A stretch of 64,000 bases of DNA from Octopus vulgaris (lineage: Eukaryota). The notes beneath the pieces were generated by a model. The model had not been told where the DNA came from, searched no databases, and was given only the letters and a program-made list of their open reading frames with translations. The DNA is taken from NCBI GenBank assembly GCA_951406725.2, contig OX597842.1:7130001-7194000 (forward strand), read 5' to 3'. How positions within the stretch are numbered: the first letter of the stretch is position 1; each line of letters starts with the position of its first letter. Positions 37,120-47,739 of the stretch are shown one piece after another. The position numbers and the translations under genes are program-made.

Positions 37120-38664
37120 TCACCCGGACTGTCCGTCCTCCCTGTTCCGGAAGAACCCCTTCCCGGTTGTGCACTCCCGGACAGTAACGGTGACCTTGTT
37201 GGACGTGACGTCGGTGATGAACACTTGGTCAAGTAAGGGTTTGACATTGGGCGGTGGGCACCAGTAGGTCCTCCGCTCGGGGCCTGTCCCTCCTCCACCC
37301 ACACCGCCCATCGTTGCGCCCCCGACCCCGCCGGCTCCGCCGCCGCTGCCAGGGCCGCTCTTGTTTTCGGTGTCTGTGCCGTACTCCAGCCCATCGTAGC
37401 TGCCATCCCTCTCCCGCTCTCTGTCTCGATCGCGGTCCCTCTCTCGGTCCCGCGACACAAACGAGATCCGCTTGCCGGACTTCTCGGATCCGTGCCGACC
37501 GGATGAGGACATTGTGTCCTCGTGGCCGTCCTGCAGCTGACCGAGAACGGCCCGAGACTCCCCGCTGCCAACACCGCCACCGCCGCCCACGCCAGTGCAC
37601 ATGCCCCCACCGACACCCACACCGCCACCTGGGGCGTTGCTGCCGCCACCGCCGGTAGCACCACCTCCACTGCCCCCTCCACCACCGCCGCCATCTTTGC
37701 TACACTTGTGGTGGTGGTGGTGGTGGTGGTGATGGCGGTGGTGCTCCTTCATGCTCTGCCCGTTCACCGCTGATGCTGTCGTCATGGCCGCGGACGCGGA
37801 GGTGGGGCTGGCAGCGGTCGTCGACGACGCGGATCCCGTCGACACCCCTGACGACGACCCCACGCCAACACCGGAGCCCTTGTCCTGCTTGCGCATCGTG
37901 TGGTGCGTTACGTTCCCCGTGGATTTTATGACTGATGAGGGCCGGTTGGAGGAGGAAGTCGAGGACAGAGACTTCGCGGAGGCATTTGACAAGGAAGAGG
38001 ATGAGGTGGAGGTGGAAGAGGAGGTGACACCCAATGTGGTTCGGTTCTTTGGGGGTCTACCTGGGCCCCTCTTCACAGGAAGGTGGTGCACCTGAAGTGA
38101 GGAGCTGTGTGACCCACTTGGGTTCGCGTCCATTAACCCGCCACTTGATCTCTCACTGGTCTTACTGCTGCTGCGATGTGCCACGCCACACGCCCCCCCT
38201 CCGCCACCAGATGTGTTGTTGCTATTACTACTATTACTGCTGCTGTTGTTGTTGTTGCTGCTGCCTGCAGTCATTTTGTCGTCGAGTCCCTTGTGGGACG
38301 ATGGCCGCTCCCTGTCTCTCTCCCTCTCCCGCTCTCTCTCCCTCTCTCGGTCCCGGTCCTTGCGGCCGACGTCCGGAGGAGGCGGAGGGGGAGGCGGAGG
38401 AGGGGGCACAGCCGGCAGGCCTCTGTAGGTGTCGCGGGGCCGGTATTTGCCCGACGCCGCACCCTCGTTGCATGCACTGGTTGATGAGGACGAGGCCGAA
38501 CCGGTCGAGGAAGTCGTGTTGTTGTTGTTGTTGCTGCTGTTTGTGGTGGTGGTCGTGGTCGAGCCACACAGGCCCTGGTCGATGTGACTGACTGACTTCC
38601 GTCGGCAAGGAGGACTTTCCAGCTCCAGGTCCGAGCCATCTCCAGTGTCATCTGTTGCTGAATC
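37120..38664 (-). CDS. Pc: Polycomb-class chromobox protein (Pc/CBX2/4/6/7/8 family), terminal exon
   Basis: Acceptor TTGTAG|GATTCA (phase 0) is in frame with ORF 37120-38409. It contains the AT-hook KRGPGRPPK and the C-terminal Pc box YWCPP..LDQVFITDVTSNKVTVTVRECTTGKGFF. Confidence 0.93.
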   Translation of the reverse strand, partial: DSATDDTGDGSDLELESPPCRRKSVSHIDQGLCGSTTTTTTNSSNNNNNTTSSTGSASSSSTSACNEGAASGKYRPRDTYRGLPAVPPPPPPPPPPPDVGRKDRDRERERERERERDRERPSSHKGLDDKMTAGSSNNNNSSSNSSNSNNTSGGGGGACGVAHRSSSKTSERSSGGLMDANPSGSHSSSLQVHHLPVKRGPGRPPKNRTTLGVTSSSTSTSSSSLSNASAKSLSSTSSSNRPSSVIKSTGNVTHHTMRKQDKGSGVGVGSSSGVSTGSASSTTAASPTSASAAMTTASAVNGQSMKEHHRHHHHHHHHHKCSKDGGGGGGGSGGGATGGGGSNAPGGGVGVGGGMCTGVGGGGGVGSGESRAVLGQLQDGHEDTMSSSGRHGSEKSGKRISFVSRDRERDRDRDRERERDGSYDGLEYGTDTENKSGPGSGGGAGGVGGATMGGVGGGGTGPERRTYWCPPPNVKPLLDQVFITDVTSNKVTVTVRECTTGKGFFRNREDGQSG

Positions 38665-38884
38665 CTACAAAGAAAAGGGAAAGATATAAGCTTTTGTTAG
38701 CATCAGAAGAATTTAGGGGTTATTCTACTTCACTTTTGTATCTGGTTTGCAAAGCACCTTATGTGAATTTGTGTTGGGAACAAATTTTGTTGTATCTGGG
38801 GAGAGTTTTACTGCTTTAAGGTAACACACTCAGCAATTCAATTTCCACACATTTATTTATTCCAGAAAACTTTGTCGTTGCTGT

Positions 38885-39272
38885 TTGTTTGTTTGTTGAG
38901 CGAAGCGGTCTTCGTCCCAGAGCTCGCAAGATCGCGCCTCTGTAGTGGGAGAAGTCCGGAACGTGGTCCTTTGCTATTCGTAAGACCCGCAGAAGAGAAA
39001 GCAGGTCAACCCCTGACACCGAGAGCATCGACAGATGGATGAATGCGCATCCAGGCTCAGCGGTTGCGTAGGAAGTCGGGGACAAGAAACAGGAAAAAAG
39101 AGTGAGAGAAAGTTGGAGCGAAAGAGTACAACAGGGATCGCCACCACCCCCTGCTGGAGCCTCGTGGAGCTTAAGGTGTTTTCGCTCAATAAACACACAC
39201 AACGCCAGGTCTGGGAATTGAAACCGCGATCCTCCGACCGCGAGTCCGCTGCCCTAACCACTGGGCCATTGC
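38885..39272 (-). mobile_element. tRNA-derived SINE, intronic
   Basis: Same head as 7212 with a different GC-rich 3' part and an (AAAC)n tail. Confidence 0.75.
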
Positions 39273-39479
39273 ACATCTACTGTTGTTGCTGTATCAATGG
39301 ATTTTGACTCTAAATAAATGAGTGGAAATTCAACTGGTGAGTGTGTTATACTATGGCACTATGACTCTCCTCAGACACAACAAGAATTTTGAGGTTACAG
39401 GAAATTTTGCTGTAAATATTTTTGTCATACAAAAATAATTCACTGCAAGAAATTTCATTTGAAATGACCTCAACACATT

Positions 39480-39930
39480 TGTTTAATATTTGATGTTGAA
39501 TAAACACTTGCTTACTTAATGTTTTTTTAATAACTTTTTATCATTCTGTTTATTTTCAAACATTTGAATAAAGGTGCCTAATTTAATGTTTTTATGTCTT
39601 TCGTCACTCTGTTTTATATTTTAAAATATTTGAATAAAGACTTGTTCGTTTAATGCTTTTATAAAACTTTTCATCATTCTTTTATTTTATAAAATTTGAA
39701 TAAAGACTTGTCCGTTTAATGCATTTTTATAACTTTTTGTTATTGCTTTTTATATAATAAAATTTGAATAAAGACTTGCCTATTTAATGTTTTTATAAAA
39801 CCATTCATCATTCTTTATTCTGTGAGTAAAGACTTGTTAGTTTTAATGCTTTTATAAAACCTAACCTTTTTAATTTAAAAATATTTGAATATTGACTTGT
39901 CTATTTAATACTTTTATAAAAAATTATTAT
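39480..39930. repeat. AT-rich minisatellite, ~58-60-bp unit, ~8 copies
   Basis: Recurring TTTGAATAAAGACTTG..TTTAATG..TTTTATAA..CATCATTCT. Confidence 0.8.
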
Positions 39931-41160
39931 CATTCTTTCCCTTTATTTTAAAAAGATGCTGATATAATTCACATTATCATTGTCCATGCAATGAATTTAT
40001 CTCACAGCAAATTATCCTATACAGCAAAATTTCGTAAGGTAAATTCCCCAAACACATAACTTATAAACATTCAACGGATCATGAAATGACTGTTTCGTGA
40101 CAGGGGATTTAGAAATAGATGTTAAAACTATTTAAAAAAAGTGTTTAAATATTAGTTTCACATTTTGGTATACATACATGCAAAATTGATAAAACAAGAT
40201 GTATTAAAGTCTTTTTTTATGAATTCCATGTGCACTAATGGATTCCCACATGAGTATCCAGTAAAAGAATTCCTGCTGTATCATAGCACATGGTGTCTAA
40301 TTCCTGAAGAGGAGCTTTGAAAAGCACACTATAAGTTTTTTTACCCATACATTCACAGATATATAAATACAGACACAAACATTTATATATACTCTTTTAC
40401 TCGTTTCAGTCATTTGACTGTGGCCATGCTGGAGCACCGCCTTTGTAAGCCTAGTACTTATTCTATCGGTCTCTTTTGATGAACCGCTAAGTTACGGGGA
40501 TGTAAACACACCACCATCGGTTGTCAAGCGATGTTGGGGGACAAACAGACACACAAACATATACACACACATACATCATCATCATCGTCATCGTTTAACA
40601 TCCATTTTCCATGCTAGCATGGGTTGGACGGTTCGACCGGGGTCTGGGAAGTCAGGAGGCTGCACCAGGCTCCAGTCTGATCTGGCAGTGTTTCTACAGC
40701 TTGATGCCCTTCCTAATGCCAACCACTCCGTGAGTGTAGTATACATACACACATATATATACATATATACAACAGGCTTCTTTCAGTTTCTGTCTACCAA
40801 ATCCACTCACAAGGCTTTGGTCAGCCCGAGGCTATAGTAGAAGATACTTGCCCAAGGTTCCAGGCAGTGGGACTGAACCTGGAACCATGTGGTTGGTAAG
40901 CAAGCTACTTACCACACAGCCCCTCCTGCGCCTATTTTTATACATATATTTTGTGTAGGTAGTTATGGTAAATCCCAGCTGTTGTCTCTCTCTCTTTTCT
41001 TCCTTCATTAGGGTCATCTGTGCTGGTCCTAATTATTGTCTAAATATAAACAATTCATCCAAATGTAAAATTTGTATTATTTAATTTCTCTGTCTGAAGA
41101 ATTTCTAACAGGGAATTCCTTACATGTCCACCTAACATATACAATTTTGTAACCCCTATT

Positions 41161-41720
41161 AGGGATCTTTACCTTTTGACCAACAGATTTTAAAAACAAT
41201 TTTTTGTAACTAAACACTTTCAAACTTTAGACACTGGTAGAATATGTCATATAAAACATCTTTTACTCTTAGCGTTTTTGAGAAAAACTTATATTTACAA
41301 AGTTATTTACAAAGTTATATTTACAAAGTTATTTCATGTTAAAGTTGTCGTATTTCGGTAATTTCAACCAATCAATGATGTGTATTCAGCTGAATAAAAT
41401 TACTGCCATTGTTTGTCACTGTTTCTCGTTTGTCACTGTTATTTATGACATCGTTTGTGCGTTTGTACTGGTTTTAGCTTTAAGGTTTTAGGGTTAGGGT
41501 TGTCATAAATAACAGTGACAAACAAAATATACACTGCTGATAGTTCTTGTTGACAAACAGTGGCAGTAATTTTATTCAGCTGAACACACGTCACTGATTG
41601 GTTGAAATTACTGAAATAGGACTACTTTAACATGAAATAACTTTGTAAATATGTTTTTCTTAAAAACGCTAACAGTAAAAGATGTTTTGTATGACACATT
41701 CTACTAGTGTTTGAAATTTG
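41161..41720. mobile_element. Palindromic (foldback/MITE-like) element with central TTAGGG repeats
   Basis: About 41210-41450 is complementary to about 41500-41720, with central TTTTAGGGTTAGGGTT. One arm of the same family lies at ~4995-5120. Confidence 0.7.
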
Positions 41721-41818
41721 AAATTAGGGAGAATTTGACTGAGATGAAGCTGAAAGATGAAGACAGAAATAATAAAATAGAGAGGAGAGGAATGAGGGGA
41801 ATGGGGGGGGATACTTAC

Positions 41819-41882
41819 TTGTAGTTTTACTCGCTTGGGTCTTGGGCCTTTTTTGTGTGGGAGGACATCTTTGTCAGTCTGA
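41819..41882 (-). CDS. Pc: Pc/CBX internal exon (64 nt)
   Basis: TTACAG|..QTDKDVLPHKKGPRPKRVKLQ|GTAAGT. KKGPRPK matches the post-chromodomain KRGPKPK motif, and the phases fit the neighbouring exons. Confidence 0.9.
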
Positions 41883-42040
41883 CTGTAATAGGGAAAAACA
41901 AGATATCTTTGGTTTAGTAAAGGACCACATACAAAAGAAATGAGAGAGGGAAAGAGAGCAGGAGAGAGAGAGAAAACAATAGGGAAAGAGAGAATAGAGA
42001 GAGAAAGGAAAAGTAGAGTTATTATATATATATATATATA

Positions 42041-44634
42041 GGGAATTGTATCAGACTGCCAAAAGAGAAGCTAGGAGACAGGTTTATTTAGCCAGAGGGG
42101 AAGCAGATAAGAAAAAATTTGCCAATGTTCTGCGCCGTGAGGACCAAAGACTGGAGGTGTTTCGTGTTGCAAGACAGTGTGTGAGAGAGAATCGTGATGT
42201 GGTAGGAGAGAAGTGTGTTCGCATGGAAGATGGTTCACTTGCGCTAAATGAGGATGCAAAGAGAGAGGTTTGGAGATGCCACTATGAAAGGTTGCTGAAT
42301 GAAGAAAATGAATGGGATAAAGGGAGTCTGCCGAATGTTGACCCAACAGAGGGACCAGCTATCCGAGTTGATAGTTCTGTGGTAGCTAAGGCAATTAGAA
42401 GCATGAAGACAGGGAAAGCCCCAGGCCCATCAGGAATCACTGCAGAGATGCTCAAAATGTCTGGTAGTGTCGGCTATAGCCTAGTCACCCATATAGTTAA
42501 TCAGGTGATACACAAAGGGGTCATACCCAATGACTGGTGTAGCAGTATAATAGTCAACTGCTACAAAGGTAAAGGTGATGCCCTAGATACAAATAACTAC
42601 AGAGGTATCAAGCTGTTGGACCAGGTGATGAAGGTTACGGAGAGGGTCATAGCCCAACTAATTAGAGAGAGAGTTAGTTTAGATGAGATGCAGTTTGGGT
42701 TTGTGCCAGGGAAAAGTACTACTGATGCTATATTCCTGGTAAGGCAGCTGCAGGAGAAATACCTAGCCAAAGATAAGCCCCTGTACCTGGCTTTTGTTGA
42801 CATGGAGAAAGCCTTCGACAGGGTCCCCCGATCCCTTATCTGGTGGGCAATGAGAAAACTAGGGATAGATGAATGGTTAGTGAGAGCTGTGCGGGCCATG
42901 TATAGGGACGCCGCTAGTAGGGTGAGGGTTGGAAATGAGTACAGTGAAGAATTCCGGGTAGAGGTAGGGGTCCACCAAGGCTCAGTACTCAGCCCCCTCC
43001 TATTTATCATAGTCCTCCAGGCAATAACGGAGGAATTCAAGACAGGATGCCCTTGGGAGCTCCTCTATGCTGATGACCTTGCTCTAATTGCTGAGTCGCT
43101 ATCAGAACTGGAGGAGAAGTTTCAGGTGTGGAAACAAGGATTAGAATCGAAGGGCCTCAGAGTCAATCTAGCTAAAACCAAAGTCGTAATCAGTAGGAAG
43201 GTAGACAAATCACAAACACCTTCAGGTAGATGGCCCTGCTCGATCTGTAGAAAAGGTGTAGGTAGAAACTCTATAAGATGCACCAAGTGTAAGCTATGGA
43301 CACATAAGAGATGCAGCAATGTCAAAGGAAGGCTAACTAGGAAGATGGTTTTTGTATGTGGCAGATGCTCAGGAACAATAAACACTGAAAATGCTCTGAG
43401 ACCAACTTCCGTCACTTTCCAGGGAGAAAAACTAGAAATAGTTGATAGTTTCCGTTACCTAGGTGACCAAGTCAGCAGCGGGGGCGGGTGTGCTGAAAGT
43501 GTAACTGCTAGAGTAAGAATAGCTTGGGCAAAGTTCAGAGAGCTCTTACCTCTGCTGGTGACAAAAGGCCTCCCGCACAGAGTGAAAGGCAGACTGTATG
43601 ATGCGTGTGTACGAACAGCCATGCTACATGGCAGTGAAACATGGGCCGTGACTGCTGAGGATATGCGTAAGCTCGCTAGAAATGAAGCCAGTATGCTCCG
43701 ATGGATGTGTAATGCCGGTACTCACACTCGGCAGAGTGTAAGTACCTTGAGAGAAAAGCTGGACCTAAGAAGCATCAGTTGTGGTGTGCAAGAGAGACGT
43801 TTGCGCTGGTATGGTCATGTGGCGAGAATGGATGAAGATAGTTGTGTGAAAAAGTGCCACACCCTAGCGGTTGAGGGAACCTGTGGAAGAGGCAGACCCA
43901 GGAAAACCTGGGACGAGGTGGTGAAGCACGACCTTCGAACTTTAGGTCTCACTGAGGAAATGACTAGAGACCGAGACCTCTGGAAGTGTGCTGTGCGCGA
44001 GAAGACCCGGCAGGACAAGTGAGTCCACAACCCGTGGCCTTCTACATGGGATGGAGCCAGCCTACGTATGCATACCTTCCCTTCTTGGGACACAAAACTC
44101 TACTTGTGAAGACGTGTTGAGGCAAGTGAGGATCAGAATCGAAATCGATCAATGGAAATTGCGGATGTGCTACCAGTGCCGGTGGCATGTCGAAACTCTG
44201 CTTGTGAAGACCCATTGAGGCAAGTGAGGATCAGAATCGAAATCGATCAATGGAAATCGATCAATGGAAATTGCAGATGTGTTACCAGTGCCGGTGGCAT
44301 GTAAGAGAACTTTCCGTTTCGCGACCGTTGCCAGCACCGCCCCGTTTCGTGTCCGTTGTCAGCCTCGCCTGGCCCTCGTGCCGGTGGCACATAAAAAGCA
44401 CCATCCGTTCGTGGCCGTTTGCCAGCTCTGTCTGGCACCAGTGTGGGTGGCACGTAAAAAGCACCCACTACACTCACGGAGTGGTTGGCGTTAGGAAGGG
44501 CATCCAGCCGAAGAAACACTGCCAGATTTGACTGGGCCTGATGAAGCCTTCTGGCTTCACAGACCCCGGTAGAACCGTCCAACCCATGCTAGCATGGAAA
44601 ACGGACGCTAAATGATGATGATGATGATGATGAT
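42041..44634 (+). mobile_element. 5'-truncated RTE-clade LINE, antisense in a Pc intron
   Basis: Uninterrupted RT ORF, 3'UTR with internal repeats, (GAT)n tail, and (TA)n on both flanks. Confidence 0.95.
42046..44022 (+). CDS. RTE ORF2 fragment: reverse transcriptase with embedded PHD-type zinc finger (no endonuclease)
   Basis: RT motifs NYRGIKLL, QFGF, FVDMEKAFDRV, GVHQGSVLSPLLF, LLYADDL and FRYLG, with RTE C-terminus RRLRWYGHV..GRGRPRKTW. A C4HC3 finger lies at ~43237-43368. Confidence 0.93.
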   Translation: MYQTAKREARRQVYLARGEADKKKFANVLRREDQRLEVFRVARQCVRENRDVVGEKCVRMEDGSLALNEDAKREVWRCHYERLLNEENEWDKGSLPNVDPTEGPAIRVDSSVVAKAIRSMKTGKAPGPSGITAEMLKMSGSVGYSLVTHIVNQVIHKGVIPNDWCSSIIVNCYKGKGDALDTNNYRGIKLLDQVMKVTERVIAQLIRERVSLDEMQFGFVPGKSTTDAIFLVRQLQEKYLAKDKPLYLAFVDMEKAFDRVPRSLIWWAMRKLGIDEWLVRAVRAMYRDAASRVRVGNEYSEEFRVEVGVHQGSVLSPLLFIIVLQAITEEFKTGCPWELLYADDLALIAESLSELEEKFQVWKQGLESKGLRVNLAKTKVVISRKVDKSQTPSGRWPCSICRKGVGRNSIRCTKCKLWTHKRCSNVKGRLTRKMVFVCGRCSGTINTENALRPTSVTFQGEKLEIVDSFRYLGDQVSSGGGCAESVTARVRIAWAKFRELLPLLVTKGLPHRVKGRLYDACVRTAMLHGSETWAVTAEDMRKLARNEASMLRWMCNAGTHTRQSVSTLREKLDLRSISCGVQERRLRWYGHVARMDEDSCVKKCHTLAVEGTCGRGRPRKTWDEVVKHDLRTLGLTEEMTRDRDLWKCAVREKTRQDK

Positions 44635-44749
44635 ATATATATATATATATATATAATTAATAATATCAGGGTAATAAAGATTTTAGAAATCTTTACTACC
44701 AGTGTCCTAGCATATTAAAAAATTAGTCAATAGACTATATATTATTCAT

Positions 44750-45168
44750 ATAAAATACAGTGTACGTTTAAACACATTAAGGTTTCCATCATAGGAATGC
44801 TTTACGCTAGAAAGAACAGCTAAAGTCCAAACCACTAATTATTGATAAATTCTCAAAGGGAATGAAAAATAAAAACATTTACCATCTATCTCCTGGACCA
44901 TGGTTTCTGACTTATTTTACCAAATAAAATAATTTACTAGGCGAAATCTTCTGGATTGGCCTCGCGTTTATATGTTTAATCTAGGCGTCCCTGTTGAAGA
45001 AGACTTCGCCTAGCAAATTATTTTATTTGCTAAAATAAGTCAGAAATCATGGTCCAGGAAAGAGATGGTAAATGTTTTTAATTTTCATTCCCTTTGGACT
45101 TCAGCTGTTCTTTCTAGCGTAAAGGATTCCTATGATGAAAACCTCTTAATGTGTGTAAATGTACATTG

Positions 45169-45175
<7 letters not shown>
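44750..45175. repeat. Long imperfect inverted repeat with a hammerhead-like motif in the right arm (44990-45058)
   Basis: Arms ~44750-44952 and ~44998-45175 are complementary. Motif: cctg-TTGAAGA-A-GACTT..TAGCAAAT/ATTTGCTA..AAGTC-AGAAATCATGGTC-cagg. Confidence 0.7.
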
Positions 45176-45205
<30 letters not shown>

Positions 45206-45482
45206 TGTCCATGCTGGCATGGGTTAGACAGTTTGATCAGCAAGCTGAGGGGCTGCACCAGACTCCAATCTGATTTGGTATGGTTTCCTACGGCTAGATG
45301 CCCTTCCTAATGCCAACCACTCTGAGAGTGTAATGGGAGCCAGTTGCGTGACGCCAGTATCTGCCACGATTATGATTTTACTTGGTTTGATGGGTCTTCT
45401 TCTCAAGCACAGCATATTGCCAAAGGTCTCAGTCATTTGTCATTGACTCCGTGAGGCCCAATGTTTAAAGGGTGCTTTTTAT

Positions 45483-45862
45483 GTGCCACCAGCACAAGTG
45501 TCAGTGTGTGACACCAGCACAAAGTGTCAGTGTGTGCCACCAGCACAAAGTGTCAGTGTGTGACACCAGCACAAGTGTCAGTGTGTGACACCAGCACAAA
45601 GTGACCAGCACAAGTGTCAGTGTGTGACACCAGCACAAGTGTCAGTGTGTGACACCAGCACAAGTGTCAGTGTGTGCCACCAGCACAAGTGTCAGTGTGT
45701 GACACCAGCACAAGTGTCAGTGTGTGACACCAGCACAAGTGTCAGTGTGTGCCACCAGCACAAAGTGTCAGTGTGTGCCACCAGCACAAAGTGTCAGTGT
45801 GTGCCACCAGCACAAAGTGTCAGTGTGTGACACCAGCACAAGTGTCAGTGTGTGACACCAGC
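45483..45862. repeat. Minisatellite, 23-26-bp unit CCAGCACAAGTGTCAGTGTGTGACA, ~15 copies
   Basis: Directly visible and embedded in an RTE-type 3'UTR relic (~45200-45950, minus strand). Confidence 0.92.
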
Positions 45863-46326
45863 AATGGCCACGTCTTCTAAACCACGGCACTTTGCCAAAG
45901 GCCTTGGTCACTGGTTCATTGTCTCCGTAAGATCATGCTTCACCACATACATAATAGTATGTAGGATGTGCTTTTTTTATTTCTAAATGTGTAGCAGGAA
46001 TCTTTAGTAATAAAAACCCGGGGTCACTATATCTGATGTAAAAAAAAAAATACAATTCCAATTCATTTGACTTTTAGCAACGTCATCAAAAAAGTCTGAC
46101 CATTCAAAACTTTATGTGGAACCGGATCTAACCACAATTTCATCTTTGATAACAAACATAGGTGCAGGCATGGGTGTGTGGTAAGAAGCTTGCTTCCCAA
46201 GTACATGGTTCTGGTTTGTGTGTGTGAGAGTTTCAGCATTTAGACAATGCAACAGAGACTTTAAAAAGTGACTTTTACTTTGAAAAGAAGGGGAGGAGAA
46301 AAAGTTTTTGGGAGAGAGAGAGTGAG

Positions 46327-46361
<35 letters not shown>

Positions 46362-46529
46362 GATAAATAAATAGATAGATAGATAGATAGGTAGTGTGGT
46401 CATCATAGTAACAAACAAGGTTTAATTAAAAACATGGAAATTTTAAGTAGAAGTCTATCAACACAACGTAGCTTAAAAAAAAAGGCTTTCACTATATAAC
46501 AATACAGAGTTATTATTTTGGGTGTGCAT

Positions 46530-46561
<32 letters not shown>

Positions 46562-46960
46562 ATTTCTGCATGCCTTTCAACATACAGACAACACAACAGA
46601 CAGGCGTGTTCAAAAGTTTGAAAGATCTTGTTTTAAAAATTAAAATTGCTATGCCCAAATACAATTCAATTCAAATATATACAATGTATATATTTGGGCA
46701 TTTGATATAAAAATTCAAATTTTCAAAACTACGTTCCAAAATTTTGGCCATGACTGTAAACGTTAAAAAAACAACTTTCACTACAATGACAAGTTGTTGT
46801 TGAGAGAAAGTGAGAGAGAGAATAAAAATTTGTTTGAAGAAACCAAAAACATGTTGTTGTTGAGCGAATCAATGTGATCGTTGTAGTAGGCTTCAGTTGA
46901 AGGGGCTGTTTCATCTTGACTGGGTCATTACTCGGCAGCATGGTGACAGTTACAGACTAG

Positions 46961-47329
46961 TCTATATATATATAGGTATGGTAGCCTTCAACTAACACTA
47001 TCTTTTCCGAGACCCTTCGGCACAAGTTGACCAAAATTGAGAGTATGATAGAAGAAGGTTTGCTCTTTCTTCCATAGAAGAAAAAATTCAAATTGGACCA
47101 TATTAACACCAAAAATTATTTACATCAAAAAGGTGCTTTTTTTTTTCTATGAAAATCCCTATTTTTATGATTTTTTTACTGCTGTGTCACCATTTTTCGG
47201 TGTATTTCAACCAGAAAAATGTTCACTTAAAGAGAATAACTAGCTACATGATGCAAAATATTTACTTTTCAAAAATTCCAATTCTAAAGGGTCGAAACAA
47301 ACCCGAGCAACACCAGGTGATACTACTAG
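46961..47329 (+). mobile_element. Non-autonomous Helitron-like element
   Basis: 5' TC(TATA) start, subterminal hairpin-like ACCCGAGCAACACCAGGT and CTAG|T 3' end. A partial second copy lies at ~48285-48470. Confidence 0.65.
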
Positions 47330-47551
47330 TAAATATTATAGAACCCAGTTTATTGATTTGCCTATAGAGCTAAGACAGCCCTGGTAGCAATACTGATAAT
47401 AGGATAGTAATGGTGATGGTGGTGGTGGTAGCGATTACAGTGCCTGTAGCAGTATTAGTAGTAATATGTGTGGTGATGAGGGTCATGTTAGTGGTGATAA
47501 TAGTGCTTGTGGTGGTAGTAGTAGATGTTGTAGATAAAGTGTTTACATTAC

Positions 47552-47617
47552 CTGCTTTTAAATGCTTCTATTAATCGCAAATCCAATATATTTTCTTCTG
47601 GTTCCCAGGTGTTATAT
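47552..47617 (-). CDS. Pc: Pc/CBX chromodomain exon (66 nt)
   Basis: TTTCAG|..YNTWEPEENILDLRLIEAFKS|GTAATG. Confidence 0.95.
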
Positions 47618-47739
47618 CTGAAATAGTAATAACAGCAATGATAATAATAGTACTCAATAGGCACCAAAAACATTGCAATTGACATAGACACAGAAATCAG
47701 GGAATCAGACCACAATCACCCACAGAAATATTTAGGGAT

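Noticed and set aside
37001-38651. Overlapping alternative-frame and antisense ORFs
   Set aside because: By-products of the GC-rich, triplet-repeat Pc exon.
41485-41501. Telomeric TTAGGG repeats (also ~36655-36670)
   Set aside because: Only two or three units, interstitial; the first is inside a foldback element.
42046-44022. Autonomous full-length LINE or domesticated gene
   Set aside because: Starts abruptly after (TA)n with no ATG and no endonuclease domain; an ordinary 5' truncation.
46729-46941. 70-aa minus-strand ORF in unique intronic sequence
   Set aside because: No domain similarity and no convincing splice sites.
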